From an uncultured Rhodobacterales bacterium (lineage in GTDB: Bacteria; Pseudomonadota; Alphaproteobacteria; Rhodobacterales; Rhodobacteraceae): a stretch of 64,000 nucleotides of DNA. The stretch spans positions 5,308-69,307 of the forward strand of contig CAZOIZ010000002.1 in the NCBI GenBank assembly GCA_964580005.1. The letters run 5' to 3'. How positions within the stretch are numbered: the first letter of the stretch is position 1; every line of letters begins with the position of its first letter. Under the pieces are notes generated by a model. It was not told the DNA's origin. It saw only the letters and a list, made by a program, of their open reading frames with translations, and searched no databases. Of this stretch, positions 54,659 to 64,000 are shown in pieces. The position numbers and the translations under genes were made by a program.

Positions 54659-56032
54659 ATGTCAATTGAAAACGCTATTAACCAGTTAAAAATATTGATG
54701 AGTGATCGCCTATCTGTTTCAACCTCAGAAAGAAAACAGTATGGGCAAAACGAAACCTATTACAGGGAAATGCTTCCCGATGCCGTAGCTTATCCAAAAG
54801 ATGAACAAGAAGTTTCCGAAATCTTAGAAATCTGTAACAATAATAAGTGCCCTATAATACCTTGGGGAACAGGAACTAGCCTTGAGGGAAATTCAATTCC
54901 TGTGAAAGGTGGAATAACTTTATCCTTTGAAAACATGAAAAGTATCTTGAACGTTAACCCAGATGACATGGATGTTACTGTACAACCTGGAATAACGAGA
55001 GAAGAGCTTAATATCAGCTTAAAAGAATTTGGCTTATTTTTTCCTGTAGACCCAGGAGCAAATGCCTCTATCGGGGGCATGGCAGCTACACGTGCTTCAG
55101 GTACAACAGCGGTAAGATATGGTACAATGAAGGAGAATGTGATCGGTCTCAAAGTCGTAATGTCGGATGGCCGAATTATTAAAACGGGATCAAGAGCTAG
55201 AAAGTCTTCAGCTGGCTATGATCTCACAAAGTTGTTGGTCGGATCAGAGGGAACACTGGGTGTAATAACAGAATTAACATTACGCCTGCAGGGTATTCCT
55301 GAAGAGATAGCGTCTGCAGTTTGCTCATTTCCAGATACATCTAGTGCCGTAAGGACAATAATTGAAACAATTCAACTCGGGATACCAATTGCAAGATCCG
55401 AACTTATGGACTCAACCTCGATTGAAGCTGTAAATGATTACTCAAAACTTGACTTACCAATAAAAGAACACTTGTTTTTTGAATTTCATGGAAGTGCGAC
55501 CTCCGTAAAAGAACAATCTGAAACCGTACAGGAGATTGCTGCTGGGAATGGTGGTAGCGATTTTCATTGGAGTACCGCAACTGAAGATAGAAACAAACTT
55601 TGGAAGGCAAGACACAACTATTATTATGCAATCAAGGCAAAGAATCCAAACCACACATTTTTAGTAACCGATATTTGTGTGCCAATTTCAAACTTGGCAG
55701 AAATGATCGATCAGACAGCCATAGAGATGAAATCAAAAGGAATGGCGCCCAGCATAATGGGCCACGTGGGTGATGGAAATTTTCACTCTGGAATTATGGT
55801 TAGGCCCAATAATGATGATGATATAAAGATAGCAAAAGACTTGACGAGGCGAATCGTAGAACGTGCCTTAGAATTGGAGGGTACGTGTACCGGAGAGCAT
55901 GGAGTAGGAATAGGTAAAATTGAGTTCATGGAGAAAGAGCATGGGGAAGCTTACCAAGTCATGTCCTCGATAAAAAGAACATTTGATCCAAATGGCATAT
56001 TAAATCCTGGCAAGGTAGTTAAAATTAACTAG
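54659..56032 (+). CDS. FAD-linked oxidase (D-lactate dehydrogenase / GlcD-like)
   Basis: PWGTGTSLEGN FAD-binding segment and C-terminal GTCTGEHGVGIGK. ATG 54659 preferred over GTG 54647. Confidence 0.8.
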   Translation: MSIENAINQLKILMSDRLSVSTSERKQYGQNETYYREMLPDAVAYPKDEQEVSEILEICNNNKCPIIPWGTGTSLEGNSIPVKGGITLSFENMKSILNVNPDDMDVTVQPGITREELNISLKEFGLFFPVDPGANASIGGMAATRASGTTAVRYGTMKENVIGLKVVMSDGRIIKTGSRARKSSAGYDLTKLLVGSEGTLGVITELTLRLQGIPEEIASAVCSFPDTSSAVRTIIETIQLGIPIARSELMDSTSIEAVNDYSKLDLPIKEHLFFEFHGSATSVKEQSETVQEIAAGNGGSDFHWSTATEDRNKLWKARHNYYYAIKAKNPNHTFLVTDICVPISNLAEMIDQTAIEMKSKGMAPSIMGHVGDGNFHSGIMVRPNNDDDIKIAKDLTRRIVERALELEGTCTGEHGVGIGKIEFMEKEHGEAYQVMSSIKRTFDPNGILNPGKVVKIN

Positions 56033-56033
56033 T

Positions 56034-57686
56034 TTATCTACTTGCCTTTCTAAGGGTGGCAGCAGCTGCTAAGGCTTCAGATGTTATTGATTCTCCTGAT
56101 AGCATCCTTGCTATCTCTCTAATGGTCTTTTCTTCATTAAGGATGTCGACTTTTGTCACCGTTGACTTGTCGAAATTAATTTTTTCAACCTTAAGATGAT
56201 TATCAGAATAAGCGGCAACCTGAGGTGAATGGGTGACCACTATTACTTGTTCGTGTTTAGAGAGCTCTAGCAACCTTTTTCCAATTGCTGACGCCGTAGC
56301 TCCACCAACTCCTCTATCAATCTCATCGAAGATCTGTGTTTTTTTATTATTATCACCTAAAAAGCATAGCTTCACAGCAAGAAGAAATCTTGATAACTCT
56401 CCTCCAGAGGCAATTTTATTTAGGGGCTTAAAGCCAGAGCCGGGATTGATCTCAGTAGTAAAGCAAACATGGTCACACCCAAATCGGGTTTCTGGTAATA
56501 TTGAAATCTCAGTTTTGAACTTAGCTAACTCTAATTTTAATGGCTTTAATTCTTTTTCTATTTTTTGGTCTAGTTTAGAGGCATATTTATGTCGTTCTTT
56601 TGATAGATGAACTGTTTCCTTCTTAAAAGCTTCATCTACAATTGAAATTTCTTTTTCTAATTTTTTTATTTTTTCATCAACTCCCTTAATACTTTTCAAC
56701 TCCTCCTCCAATGAAGCTCGTAGATTGAATATCTGATCCAGCTCAACATTGTGTGCTCTACATATCCGCTTAATTGAATGGTAACGATCCTCTATTTCAA
56801 TAAGTTGCTTTTCACTATTAAAGCTTTTTTCTCTAAGTTGTTCCAAGACCTCACAAGCTTCTGAAAACTTTTCCAGCGTAGCATAAAAGATTTCAGTTGG
56901 CAGATTGTCATCAATTTCCTCTTTATTTTCTAATCTCTCTAAAGATTTTATTGCATTCAAAATGCTGTCTTCCACCAAATTCCTATTCAAACTTTCAAAA
57001 GTGTCAACTATTGTGGAGTTTCTTCGGCTGGTTTTTTTTAGCTCATCTCTACGCGACTTAATACTCGCAAGTTCAACATGATCAAGGTCCAACTCGTTAA
57101 TTTCTCTAATTGAATTGCCAATAAAGTCTGCGTTCTCTACAGCATCTTTTCTTTTATATTCAGTATCAAGTAGGCTTTTTAATTCATTAATTTTCGTCCA
57201 AGACTTCCCGACATTATTTACATTGTCATCTAAATCACCAAAGCTATCCAGTAGACCTCTATGTGTTTTAACGTTCAAAAGTCCCAGCTCTTCAAACTGT
57301 GCATTCAAGTCTAGTATTAGGTTGCCCAACTCACGGATCAAATCCAAAGAACAAGGTAGGTCATTAATAAAAGCTCTTCGTTTACCATTTGCCCCTATGC
57401 TTTGCCTCAATATAAGATTTCCGTCTACTGCAAACCCTTTTTCAGACAAAAATTTGTTTATTACGTCATTTTTGTTTGATTGGAACTCTCCGATTAGAGT
57501 GGCGGTATTGGCTTGCTTCCCTATTTCGATCTTTGTATTTTTTTTTCCAAGAAGATAACCCAAACAATCCAAAAGAATAGATTTGCCAGCACCCGTTTCG
57601 CCAGTCAAAACATTAAGACCTGATGTGAATTCTAATTCCAGATTTTCAAGCAAAAAAATATTTTTTACAAACAATCTTTTTATCAA
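56034..57686 (-). CDS. recN: DNA repair protein RecN
   Basis: VLTGETGAGKSILLD and C-terminal ASGGELSR. Start placed at TTG 57686 (MIKRLFVKNIFLLENLELEF aligns with RecN N-termini), 1 nt after the bamD stop. The longest ORF reaches 57710. Confidence 0.9.
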   Translation of the reverse strand: MIKRLFVKNIFLLENLELEFTSGLNVLTGETGAGKSILLDCLGYLLGKKNTKIEIGKQANTATLIGEFQSNKNDVINKFLSEKGFAVDGNLILRQSIGANGKRRAFINDLPCSLDLIRELGNLILDLNAQFEELGLLNVKTHRGLLDSFGDLDDNVNNVGKSWTKINELKSLLDTEYKRKDAVENADFIGNSIREINELDLDHVELASIKSRRDELKKTSRRNSTIVDTFESLNRNLVEDSILNAIKSLERLENKEEIDDNLPTEIFYATLEKFSEACEVLEQLREKSFNSEKQLIEIEDRYHSIKRICRAHNVELDQIFNLRASLEEELKSIKGVDEKIKKLEKEISIVDEAFKKETVHLSKERHKYASKLDQKIEKELKPLKLELAKFKTEISILPETRFGCDHVCFTTEINPGSGFKPLNKIASGGELSRFLLAVKLCFLGDNNKKTQIFDEIDRGVGGATASAIGKRLLELSKHEQVIVVTHSPQVAAYSDNHLKVEKINFDKSTVTKVDILNEEKTIREIARMLSGESITSEALAAAATLRKASR

Positions 57687-57687
57687 A

Positions 57688-58461
57688 CTAATTAAGTCCT
57701 GACTTATCAATTAAACTAGCGGCTTCAACGGTCCAACTACTGTTTGGGAATTTTTTTCTCATATATATTTTCTCAGAAAGTGCTTCGCTGAATAGCCCAA
57801 CTAACAAAAAACTCTCAACTAATCTGTAAGAGACCTCAGGTAAAAATTTAGAAACTTCTGTGGTTTTTCTAATTTTTTTAAATCTTCTCATCGCGGCCGT
57901 TGGATTATTTCTCTTTAAATAATATTTACCAACATTTAGCTGCTTGCCTACCAGGAATTCCCGCGCTCTGCTAATATTGCTCTCTGCTTCTTTTCTTTTG
58001 CCACTTTTGGGGTATAGACGTTGGAAAGCTGAAAAGCTCTTTATACACTCTTGTGCCGCCGCCTGATCTCTCTCAACAATATCTATTTCATCACAATAAC
58101 CCAATGATCTAAAGTATAGCACTTTTTGTGCGTTGTTGCTTTCTGGATAAAGACTTAAAAATTTGGTTGCTGCTAAGCGTGATTCCTCGAATTTTCCAGC
58201 TTTATAATACGCAGTAACTGCTTTACTCAATCCCAGCTCATCTTCTACTGAATAGGGGAAATACTCATTCAACGTGGAGTAGTAGTCTCCAGCTCGTTCA
58301 TAATAGCCCTTTGCATATGCTTCATCACCCAGTTTGATTATCTCAGTAGGTTTATTATTTTCATTGACCTCACTAGGTAATTTGTCGCTACAGCCTATCA
58401 GAAGCAAAAGCAACCCATATGTGGTAACGATTTTCAATAAACCAAAAAAAAACAGCATCAC
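57688..58461 (-). CDS. bamD: outer membrane assembly lipoprotein BamD (YfiO)
   Basis: Lipobox LLLLIGCS and TPR-like repeats, in the classical lpxC-bamD-recN position. Confidence 0.8.
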   Translation of the reverse strand: MMLFFFGLLKIVTTYGLLLLLIGCSDKLPSEVNENNKPTEIIKLGDEAYAKGYYERAGDYYSTLNEYFPYSVEDELGLSKAVTAYYKAGKFEESRLAATKFLSLYPESNNAQKVLYFRSLGYCDEIDIVERDQAAAQECIKSFSAFQRLYPKSGKRKEAESNISRAREFLVGKQLNVGKYYLKRNNPTAAMRRFKKIRKTTEVSKFLPEVSYRLVESFLLVGLFSEALSEKIYMRKKFPNSSWTVEAASLIDKSGLN

Positions 58462-58527
58462 TCTTTCTAGCTTTTATATTATGCAAAAGTCAAGATAAGT
58501 GGACCAAATAGCCAAAATAGTTTTAGG

Positions 58528-59454
58528 TCATTGAAGTATATTCAGTGTATCAATCTCTGATATATCAAATCCTGGGAGTTTATCTTTATCTCCATCTGAA
58601 AAATCCTTACTGACAAAAATATCTCCTCTTTTAAAGCTCTCTCGTAAAAGAAGGTTTGTCAGACCGTGTCCACCTGAACAAGATACAAATTTGCCTAGGA
58701 TAGGCCTACCCACCAGGCTCAAATCTCCTAGAGCATCTAGAATTTTGTGTCGTATACATTCATCAGAATATCTTAACCCATCTTGCGCTGTCATCTCATT
58801 ATCGCCAACAATGATAGCGTTTTCAATCCCTCCTCCCAGCGCGAAACCCTCGTCTTGCAGTCTAACAACATCACTTTTCCGACAAAAAGTTCTACTGTCA
58901 CAGATTTCTCTTACAAAGGCTCCATTGACAATAGGCATATCAAGGCTTTGCTTGCTGAGTGCAGTTCCAGGCCAGTTCATCTCAAAATCTATTGAGAAAG
59001 TCTTTGCAGGTCTTAATTCCGCCCAAGCATTTGAACTGCCTACTCGAATACTATTCACTACTTGGTATAGCTTAGTCTTTTTATCCAGCTCGGTGACCCC
59101 TGATTCAAGTATTGCTTTTACAAAAACTCTTGAAGACCCATCAAATATTGGAACCTCAGCTTCACTCAACTCTACCAATGCGTTATGAATTCCTAAACCC
59201 GCAAAAGCTGCCAAGATATGCTCAGCCGTCACTATTGAAACCCCAAATCTATTTGTAAGTTGCGTTCGCAAATAAGTTTTTGATACATTTTCAAAACTAG
59301 CTTTGATATAAGCTTTATCGCCATTCATGTCAGATCTTTTGAAAACTATTCCATGATCTGCAGGTGCAGGGTGTACAGCCATCCTAACATCTTTGCCAAA
59401 ATGCAACCCTTTGCCATCAAGCGTAAATGATTTTTTTATAGATTTTTGAAACAT
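58528..59454 (-). CDS. lpxC: UDP-3-O-acyl-N-acetylglucosamine deacetylase
   Basis: LDGKGLHFGKDVRMAVHPA, a TAEHILAA segment and CSGGHGL. Confidence 0.9.
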   Translation of the reverse strand: MFQKSIKKSFTLDGKGLHFGKDVRMAVHPAPADHGIVFKRSDMNGDKAYIKASFENVSKTYLRTQLTNRFGVSIVTAEHILAAFAGLGIHNALVELSEAEVPIFDGSSRVFVKAILESGVTELDKKTKLYQVVNSIRVGSSNAWAELRPAKTFSIDFEMNWPGTALSKQSLDMPIVNGAFVREICDSRTFCRKSDVVRLQDEGFALGGGIENAIIVGDNEMTAQDGLRYSDECIRHKILDALGDLSLVGRPILGKFVSCSGGHGLTNLLLRESFKRGDIFVSKDFSDGDKDKLPGFDISEIDTLNILQ

Positions 59455-59455
59455 T

Positions 59456-59478
59456 GTAACCTTTAATGTCTAGGTTAC
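59456..59478 (-). promoter_or_regulatory. 7-bp hairpin (GTAACCT-N9-AGGTTAC) whose 3' arm contains the lpxC SD-like AGG
   Basis: Read directly; the 3' arm ends 1 nt before the lpxC ATG (59454). Confidence 0.3.
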
Positions 59479-59534
59479 TTAATTGGCTGGAAAGCTCAAT
59501 ACACACTTATATGTCAAAATAATTCAATTACCTG

Positions 59535-61019
59535 TTAGTTAGCCTGCCGCCGCAAAAAAGCAGGTATCTCTAATTTGCTTTCATCTTCTCTATCTGTAGT
59601 TAAACGTTCTTCCTCTTTAACCAATTGGCTTTTTGTGGATATATTATCCTCTTGTTCTCTTTTATCTCCAAAGCCTGTCATGCGTCTTATAAGATTGTTC
59701 AAGCCTCCACCTGAAACAGAATGTTCGTTACTTTGTCTCCGGCGGGGTAGTTCTATCTCGGAGGCAGATTGATTTAGCGGTGACTCCATTTGTTTTTCGC
59801 GATCACTTTTATCACTATATTTATCCTCCTCTGCAAAGGAAAGGTTAGCTGAGTTTAGATTAGTTGTGGTTGGTTCTAGCTCTTTGTTTTCTTCGGATAA
59901 AGATTCTCTATCAATGTTGAGATCTGTATTTTTGTTATCGTTTTCAAGTGAAACGTCCTGAGAGGAAAAAACTTTTTCGTTGGTTTTGTAGCTCTCAATT
60001 CTATCCGATTTCTCTAACTCACCAAGCGCTTGAGGCCTTAGCTTGGAAAATTCTGCTACGTCTATTCCTGTCGCTACAACGGATACTCTAACAGAACCTG
60101 TTAGATCAGTGTCAAACGTCGATCCAACTATTATATTTGCTTCAGGGTCTACCTCGTCTCTTATTCTATTTGCAGCTTCATCTACCTCAAAAAGCGTCAT
60201 GTCACTACTACCAGTCACGTTTATAAGTACACCAGTTGCTCCCTTCAGTGAAATCTCATCTAGCAAAGGATTAGCTATTGCCTTTTCGGCTGCTTGTAAA
60301 GCTCTGTCCTCACCACTAGCTTCTCCTGTGCCCATCATCGCTTTTCCCATCTCGTCCATAACAGATCTCACATCTGCAAAGTCCAAATTGATAAGGCCAG
60401 GTTTCACCATAAGATCTGTTACCCCTTTTACACCCTGATAAAGAACGTCATCGGCCATTGAAAAAGCTTCAGTGAATGTCGTTTTTTCTGTTGCCAATCT
60501 AAATAGATTTTGATTGGGGATTACAATCAAAGTGTCTACCACTTTTTGCAATGCTAATATTCCCTCGTCAGCTTGTTTCATTCTCGTAGTACCTTCAAAT
60601 TGAAAAGGTTTTGTAACAACACCAACAGTCAATATTCCCTTTTCCCTCGCTAGCTCAGCAACAATGGGAGCTGCTCCCGTGCCCGTTCCACCGCCCATTC
60701 CAGCCGTTATAAAACATAGATTTGCTCCATCTAGGATATCAGCGATCTGTTCAGTACTTTCAACCGCAGCATCGTTTCCAACCTCTGGTTTCGCACCAGC
60801 TCCAAGCCCCTGGGTTCTTTTTAGGCCCAGCTGTAACTTCGTTTGAGCATTGGACTGCTGTAGGGCCTGTGCATCCGTGTTTGCGGCCACAAATTCCGCT
60901 CCCTCCAGATTTTTTAACATCATATTATTTACAGCGTTTCCGCCGGCGCCTCCAATACCAAAAACTAGTATTCTTGGCTTCAACTCCTGATGTTCAGGAA
61001 TCCTGATATTTATTGCCAT
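59535..61019 (-). CDS. ftsZ: cell division protein FtsZ
   Basis: [22 protein letters not shown], a long disordered linker and the C-terminal peptide [12 protein letters not shown]. Confidence 0.97.
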   Translation of the reverse strand: MAINIRIPEHQELKPRILVFGIGGAGGNAVNNMMLKNLEGAEFVAANTDAQALQQSNAQTKLQLGLKRTQGLGAGAKPEVGNDAAVESTEQIADILDGANLCFITAGMGGGTGTGAAPIVAELAREKGILTVGVVTKPFQFEGTTRMKQADEGILALQKVVDTLIVIPNQNLFRLATEKTTFTEAFSMADDVLYQGVKGVTDLMVKPGLINLDFADVRSVMDEMGKAMMGTGEASGEDRALQAAEKAIANPLLDEISLKGATGVLINVTGSSDMTLFEVDEAANRIRDEVDPEANIIVGSTFDTDLTGSVRVSVVATGIDVAEFSKLRPQALGELEKSDRIESYKTNEKVFSSQDVSLENDNKNTDLNIDRESLSEENKELEPTTTNLNSANLSFAEEDKYSDKSDREKQMESPLNQSASEIELPRRRQSNEHSVSGGGLNNLIRRMTGFGDKREQEDNISTKSQLVKEEERLTTDREDESKLEIPAFLRRQAN

Positions 61020-61132
61020 TGTTGCCTGCCATTATTTTTATTATTTTTTTTACTGCTGATTCGTATAATAACCGAATCACCCTTACTCGTCACTATTTTT
61101 ATATTCAGATAGGATTTTTCTGGGGGAAGGCT

Positions 61133-62464
61133 TTACCAGTTTGACTTAACCCAACGCCAAGTTCTTCTAATTAATTCGTCTCCTTCATGCTCAAAAGGTG
61201 CTTTGAAATCCCACACTTCATCTTGTGGTTGAGCCAAATTTAAGGCTAGCCCTATAACAGCAGCCGCTTCAGGTCCATGCGCCGAGGTTGGTAATCCTTG
61301 AATTCTCATTGGTACAGCAACACGCGTTGGTTTTCCAAGAAAGATTGATGTAAAATCCAACAAATTTGCTAACTTACTTCCACCACCAGTCAAAACGATT
61401 TTTTGTCCAGGCAAAAACTCGAAATCTGAGTTATCTAATATAGTTCTGAGGGACTCAAAAATCTCTTCAACTCTTGGTCTTATTACTCCTGATAATTCTG
61501 ATTTTGTTATAGTTCGTCTATCAGTGTAAAGATCTGTGTTGTTCTCAGGCAATTCTATAGTTTCTCTATCATCTGAGTTGGTAGACATCAAGCCTCCGTG
61601 TAAAACCTTCAACCGTTCAGCAGCTGAATAGGAGATTTGAAATGCCTGCATAATATCACTAGTTATATGATGTCCCCCAATTCGTATAGATTCAGAAAAG
61701 ATTAAATTCTTCCGAAAGAAAATTGATACACTGGAACTGGCGGCACCTAAATCAATACAAACAACACCTAATTGCATTTCATCTTCAAGAAGACTTGATT
61801 GTCCAGAGCCATAGGGAGCAAGTACTATTCCTGCCAAAGATAAATCACAATTATTCAAACAACTAACAATATTTTTTATAATCGCCGATTGGATAGAAAC
61901 AATATTAACGTCGACTGACAACTGAGCTCCACTTATTCCCCTTGGATCCATGTAACCGTGTTTACCATCAACGCTAAAATTTACCGGCAAAGCATGAATT
62001 ATTTCTCTCTTAAAGTCATCATGAACTAAGTTTAGCTTTGACAAAGCATGACCAATATCTGCCTTTGTTACTTCCCTTTGAATAAAGTTAATAGAGGATG
62101 ATATTAAGGTGGATTTTTGAGTACCACTGGAAAAGGTAAGAAAGACATTCTCAATTAGACACCCTGCCATTTTTTGAGCCCTTTGAATGACTGTCCTTAT
62201 TGCACGTTCCGCCTCCCTCATTTCATATATTTCTCCATTTCTAATACCCCTAGATTTTGTTGTTGAAGCTCCAATAACTCTAAAACTTAATCCTCCATGT
62301 AATTTACTTGTTGAGAATGTCTTTATTTGATTCGAGTCTGTTAGTGAGACTACAAGGCACATTACCTTGGAGCTCCCAAGGTCTATAAGGGCAACCGTTC
62401 CCTTTTTTATAGAAGCCAGCCTTTTTTGTCTTAACTGCCTCTGACTCTGCAAAAGTTTTCTCAA
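61133..62464 (-). CDS. ftsA: cell division protein FtsA
   Basis: Actin-fold phosphate loops ALIDLGSSKV and CIDLGAASSSVSIF. The TTG start overlaps the ftsQ stop (TTGA). Confidence 0.9.
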   Translation of the reverse strand: MRKLLQSQRQLRQKRLASIKKGTVALIDLGSSKVMCLVVSLTDSNQIKTFSTSKLHGGLSFRVIGASTTKSRGIRNGEIYEMREAERAIRTVIQRAQKMAGCLIENVFLTFSSGTQKSTLISSSINFIQREVTKADIGHALSKLNLVHDDFKREIIHALPVNFSVDGKHGYMDPRGISGAQLSVDVNIVSIQSAIIKNIVSCLNNCDLSLAGIVLAPYGSGQSSLLEDEMQLGVVCIDLGAASSSVSIFFRKNLIFSESIRIGGHHITSDIMQAFQISYSAAERLKVLHGGLMSTNSDDRETIELPENNTDLYTDRRTITKSELSGVIRPRVEEIFESLRTILDNSDFEFLPGQKIVLTGGGSKLANLLDFTSIFLGKPTRVAVPMRIQGLPTSAHGPEAAAVIGLALNLAQPQDEVWDFKAPFEHEGDELIRRTWRWVKSNW

Positions 62465-63324
62465 CCTGCTAACCTCTCTGCTTTTTTTTGAATATTTTCC
62501 TCTGGTGGGGCTTTCCTGAACTTAATTATTGGTTTATCTATATTTCTCAGATCAACAGAAACTATGGGTTTTAAAAGCTTATCTGTCTCATTTAAAAACA
62601 TACGCATTACCACTAACCCTTCACTCAAATTGTTCTCTGGCAACTTAAAAACTAACCCGTTTTTCATATGAACATCCCATCGTCTCTCACCAACCCATTC
62701 ATAGTACAATACCTCTGACTGATATGATCCTATTTCATTTACTAATGATAAAAGTTCGTTGATATTTTTTTGCCCATCTTTTCCAACTAAAAGTGGAAAA
62801 CTTGATAAGCCTTGATAATCCTGCTTTATCGACAAAATAATTCCATTACTATCAAGGACCTCATATAAATGGTTATTAAAATATACTACGGCTTCTTTTC
62901 TTTGAATGACTTCCACGAACACCAATCCATCAGTAGAAAGTTTTACAAAAGCTTTTTCAACCTTGTTTATATCTTGTATTTTTTCTCTTAAAGCCTGAGC
63001 TTTTAATGCTGAAAACCCTTTTGTTGCAGCATTTTGGACTAGAATTATTATTTCCTTTTTCAAAGGTTCTCGAGCACCTTTTACTAAAATTTTACTTATA
63101 GATAATTCTGTTAGGCCTTTATATAAAGAGGAGCTTTCCTCACTTAAAAATCTGATTTCTGCATTTAGATCAATGTTTTTGTATAGAACTTTTTTTGCTA
63201 GCAGTGCGCTTGAAGCCAAAAAAACTATCATTAATAGTGATTTAAACCAAAACCTGTAAAGTAATCTGTTTATCTTATAAGCTAGCCTAGATGGTGCTGG
63301 GTCATTAAATTTTAACAAATTCAT
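62461..63324 (-). CDS. ftsQ: cell division protein FtsQ
   Basis: Single TM helix (FKSLLMIVFLASSALLA) and a POTRA-sized periplasmic region, positioned between ddl and ftsA. Confidence 0.8.
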   Translation of the reverse strand: MNLLKFNDPAPSRLAYKINRLLYRFWFKSLLMIVFLASSALLAKKVLYKNIDLNAEIRFLSEESSSLYKGLTELSISKILVKGAREPLKKEIIILVQNAATKGFSALKAQALREKIQDINKVEKAFVKLSTDGLVFVEVIQRKEAVVYFNNHLYEVLDSNGIILSIKQDYQGLSSFPLLVGKDGQKNINELLSLVNEIGSYQSEVLYYEWVGERRWDVHMKNGLVFKLPENNLSEGLVVMRMFLNETDKLLKPIVSVDLRNIDKPIIKFRKAPPEENIQKKAERLAG

Positions 63325-63332
63325 TTTTTTAC

Positions 63333-64000
63333 CTATTTATTAATTGATGCATCTTTAATCAACTCCAAGCACAGGTTTTGTAAGTCTAAATCGACGTATT
63401 TTGCTTGTTCAGGTATAAGGGAAGTTCTTGTCATTCCAGGTTGAGTATTTAGTTCGAGAATATATAGGCCTTCTTTCCCATTCTTTTCATTCCATCTAAA
63501 ATCCGAGCGAGTAACACCTCTGCAACCTAAAGAATAATGCGCTTTAACTGCATAATTAATGCATAAATCGAATATCTCTTGTGGAATATCTGCAGGAACA
63601 ATATGCTCTGAACCGCCACTTTTATACTTGGCATCATAATTATACCAGTCGTCAGTAACGATGTCTGTGACGGTTAAAGGTCTACCATTAAGAACACCCA
63701 CTGTTAACTCTCTTCCAGGAATATATTTCTCCAAAAGATACTTCTTATTTTGATCTGAAGAAATTCTCCTAACCTCTTCAATTTGCTCTTCGCATTTTAT
63801 AAAATGAATATCCACAGAGGAACCTCCATTGTTTGGCTTAATTACAAATGGAGGAGCAAACGGTATTCTGTTTAATTGGTTTTCTCCAATTAAAAGGACG
63901 TCATCTATTACTGGCAAACCATATGACTTAAATATTTTTTTTGAGATAAATTTATCCATTGCCATTGCTGAAGATAAAACCCCAGAGTGTGTATATGGAA
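63333..64000 (-). CDS. ddl: D-alanine--D-alanine ligase, C-terminal part (gene continues past the window end)
   Basis: ATP-grasp C-terminal motifs (ELNTQPGMT...SLIPEQA). The reading frame stays open to the window edge upstream of the listed Met. Confidence 0.85.
   Translation of the reverse strand, partial: PYTHSGVLSSAMAMDKFISKKIFKSYGLPVIDDVLLIGENQLNRIPFAPPFVIKPNNGGSSVDIHFIKCEEQIEEVRRISSDQNKKYLLEKYIPGRELTVGVLNGRPLTVTDIVTDDWYNYDAKYKSGGSEHIVPADIPQEIFDLCINYAVKAHYSLGCRGVTRSDFRWNEKNGKEGLYILELNTQPGMTRTSLIPEQAKYVDLDLQNLCLELIKDASINK

Noticed and set aside
59535-60020. Low-complexity, repeat-like 3' third of ftsZ
   Set aside because: It corresponds to the long disordered C-terminal linker normal for alphaproteobacterial FtsZ, and it ends in the conserved [12 protein letters not shown] peptide.
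61057-61079. Palindrome TGATTCG-N9-CGAATCA between ftsA and ftsZ, considered as a dif site or terminator
   Set aside because: It lacks the XerC/XerD arm pattern (CATAA...TTATG) and the 28-bp architecture of dif. No U-tract follows on the transcribed strand. It is more likely part of the internal ftsZ promoter region (it contains TATAAT).

Overview
AT-rich (by eye mid-30s % GC, not computed) and extremely gene-dense window: about 66 genes, most spacers 0-60 nt, and many 1-4 nt start/stop overlaps. It reads as core chromosome of a streamlined alphaproteobacterium, probably SAR11/Pelagibacterales-like. That is an inference from synteny: ddl-ftsQ-ftsA-ftsZ-lpxC-bamD-recN, yceD-rpmF-plsX-ihfA-merR-tRNA-Pro, bolA/J-protein-cobS-cobT, and soxBDAG. 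Content is housekeeping. It covers pentose/thiamine (rpiA, TPK), purine and serine synthesis (purA, serA, serC), cell envelope (glmM, lpxC, bamD, bamE, SleB-like), folate (folE, folB-fusion, folP), ppdK, glyQS, argS, gatB, pyrimidines (pyrC, pyrE, dcd), scpAB, sarcosine oxidase, pepN/pepP, recN and the end of the dcw cluster. There is one tRNA (Pro-GGG). I saw no rRNA, CRISPR, transposase, integrase, phage or recognisable defence/toxin genes, and no convincing intrinsic terminators. I do not see a clear-cut novel multi-gene system, so this looks like an ordinary core region. The best second-look candidates are listed here. (1) A PPDK homolog whose ATP-grasp domain looks degenerate. (2) An orphan CoxD/CoxE-type AAA+/VWA pair with an unlisted 50-aa membrane peptide between them and an M48 protease downstream. 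(3) A bolA/J-domain/cobS/cobT module with no cobalamin context. (4) A folB-(unknown domain) / HAD phosphatase / folP block. (5) A tRNA-Pro wedged 8 nt and 4 nt from its flanking CDSs. (6) A probable ATT start for rpiA. (7) A 12-bp perfect palindrome at a promoter-like site upstream of erpA. All protein calls rest on motif recognition in the supplied translations plus hand translation; no database search or folding computation was possible.
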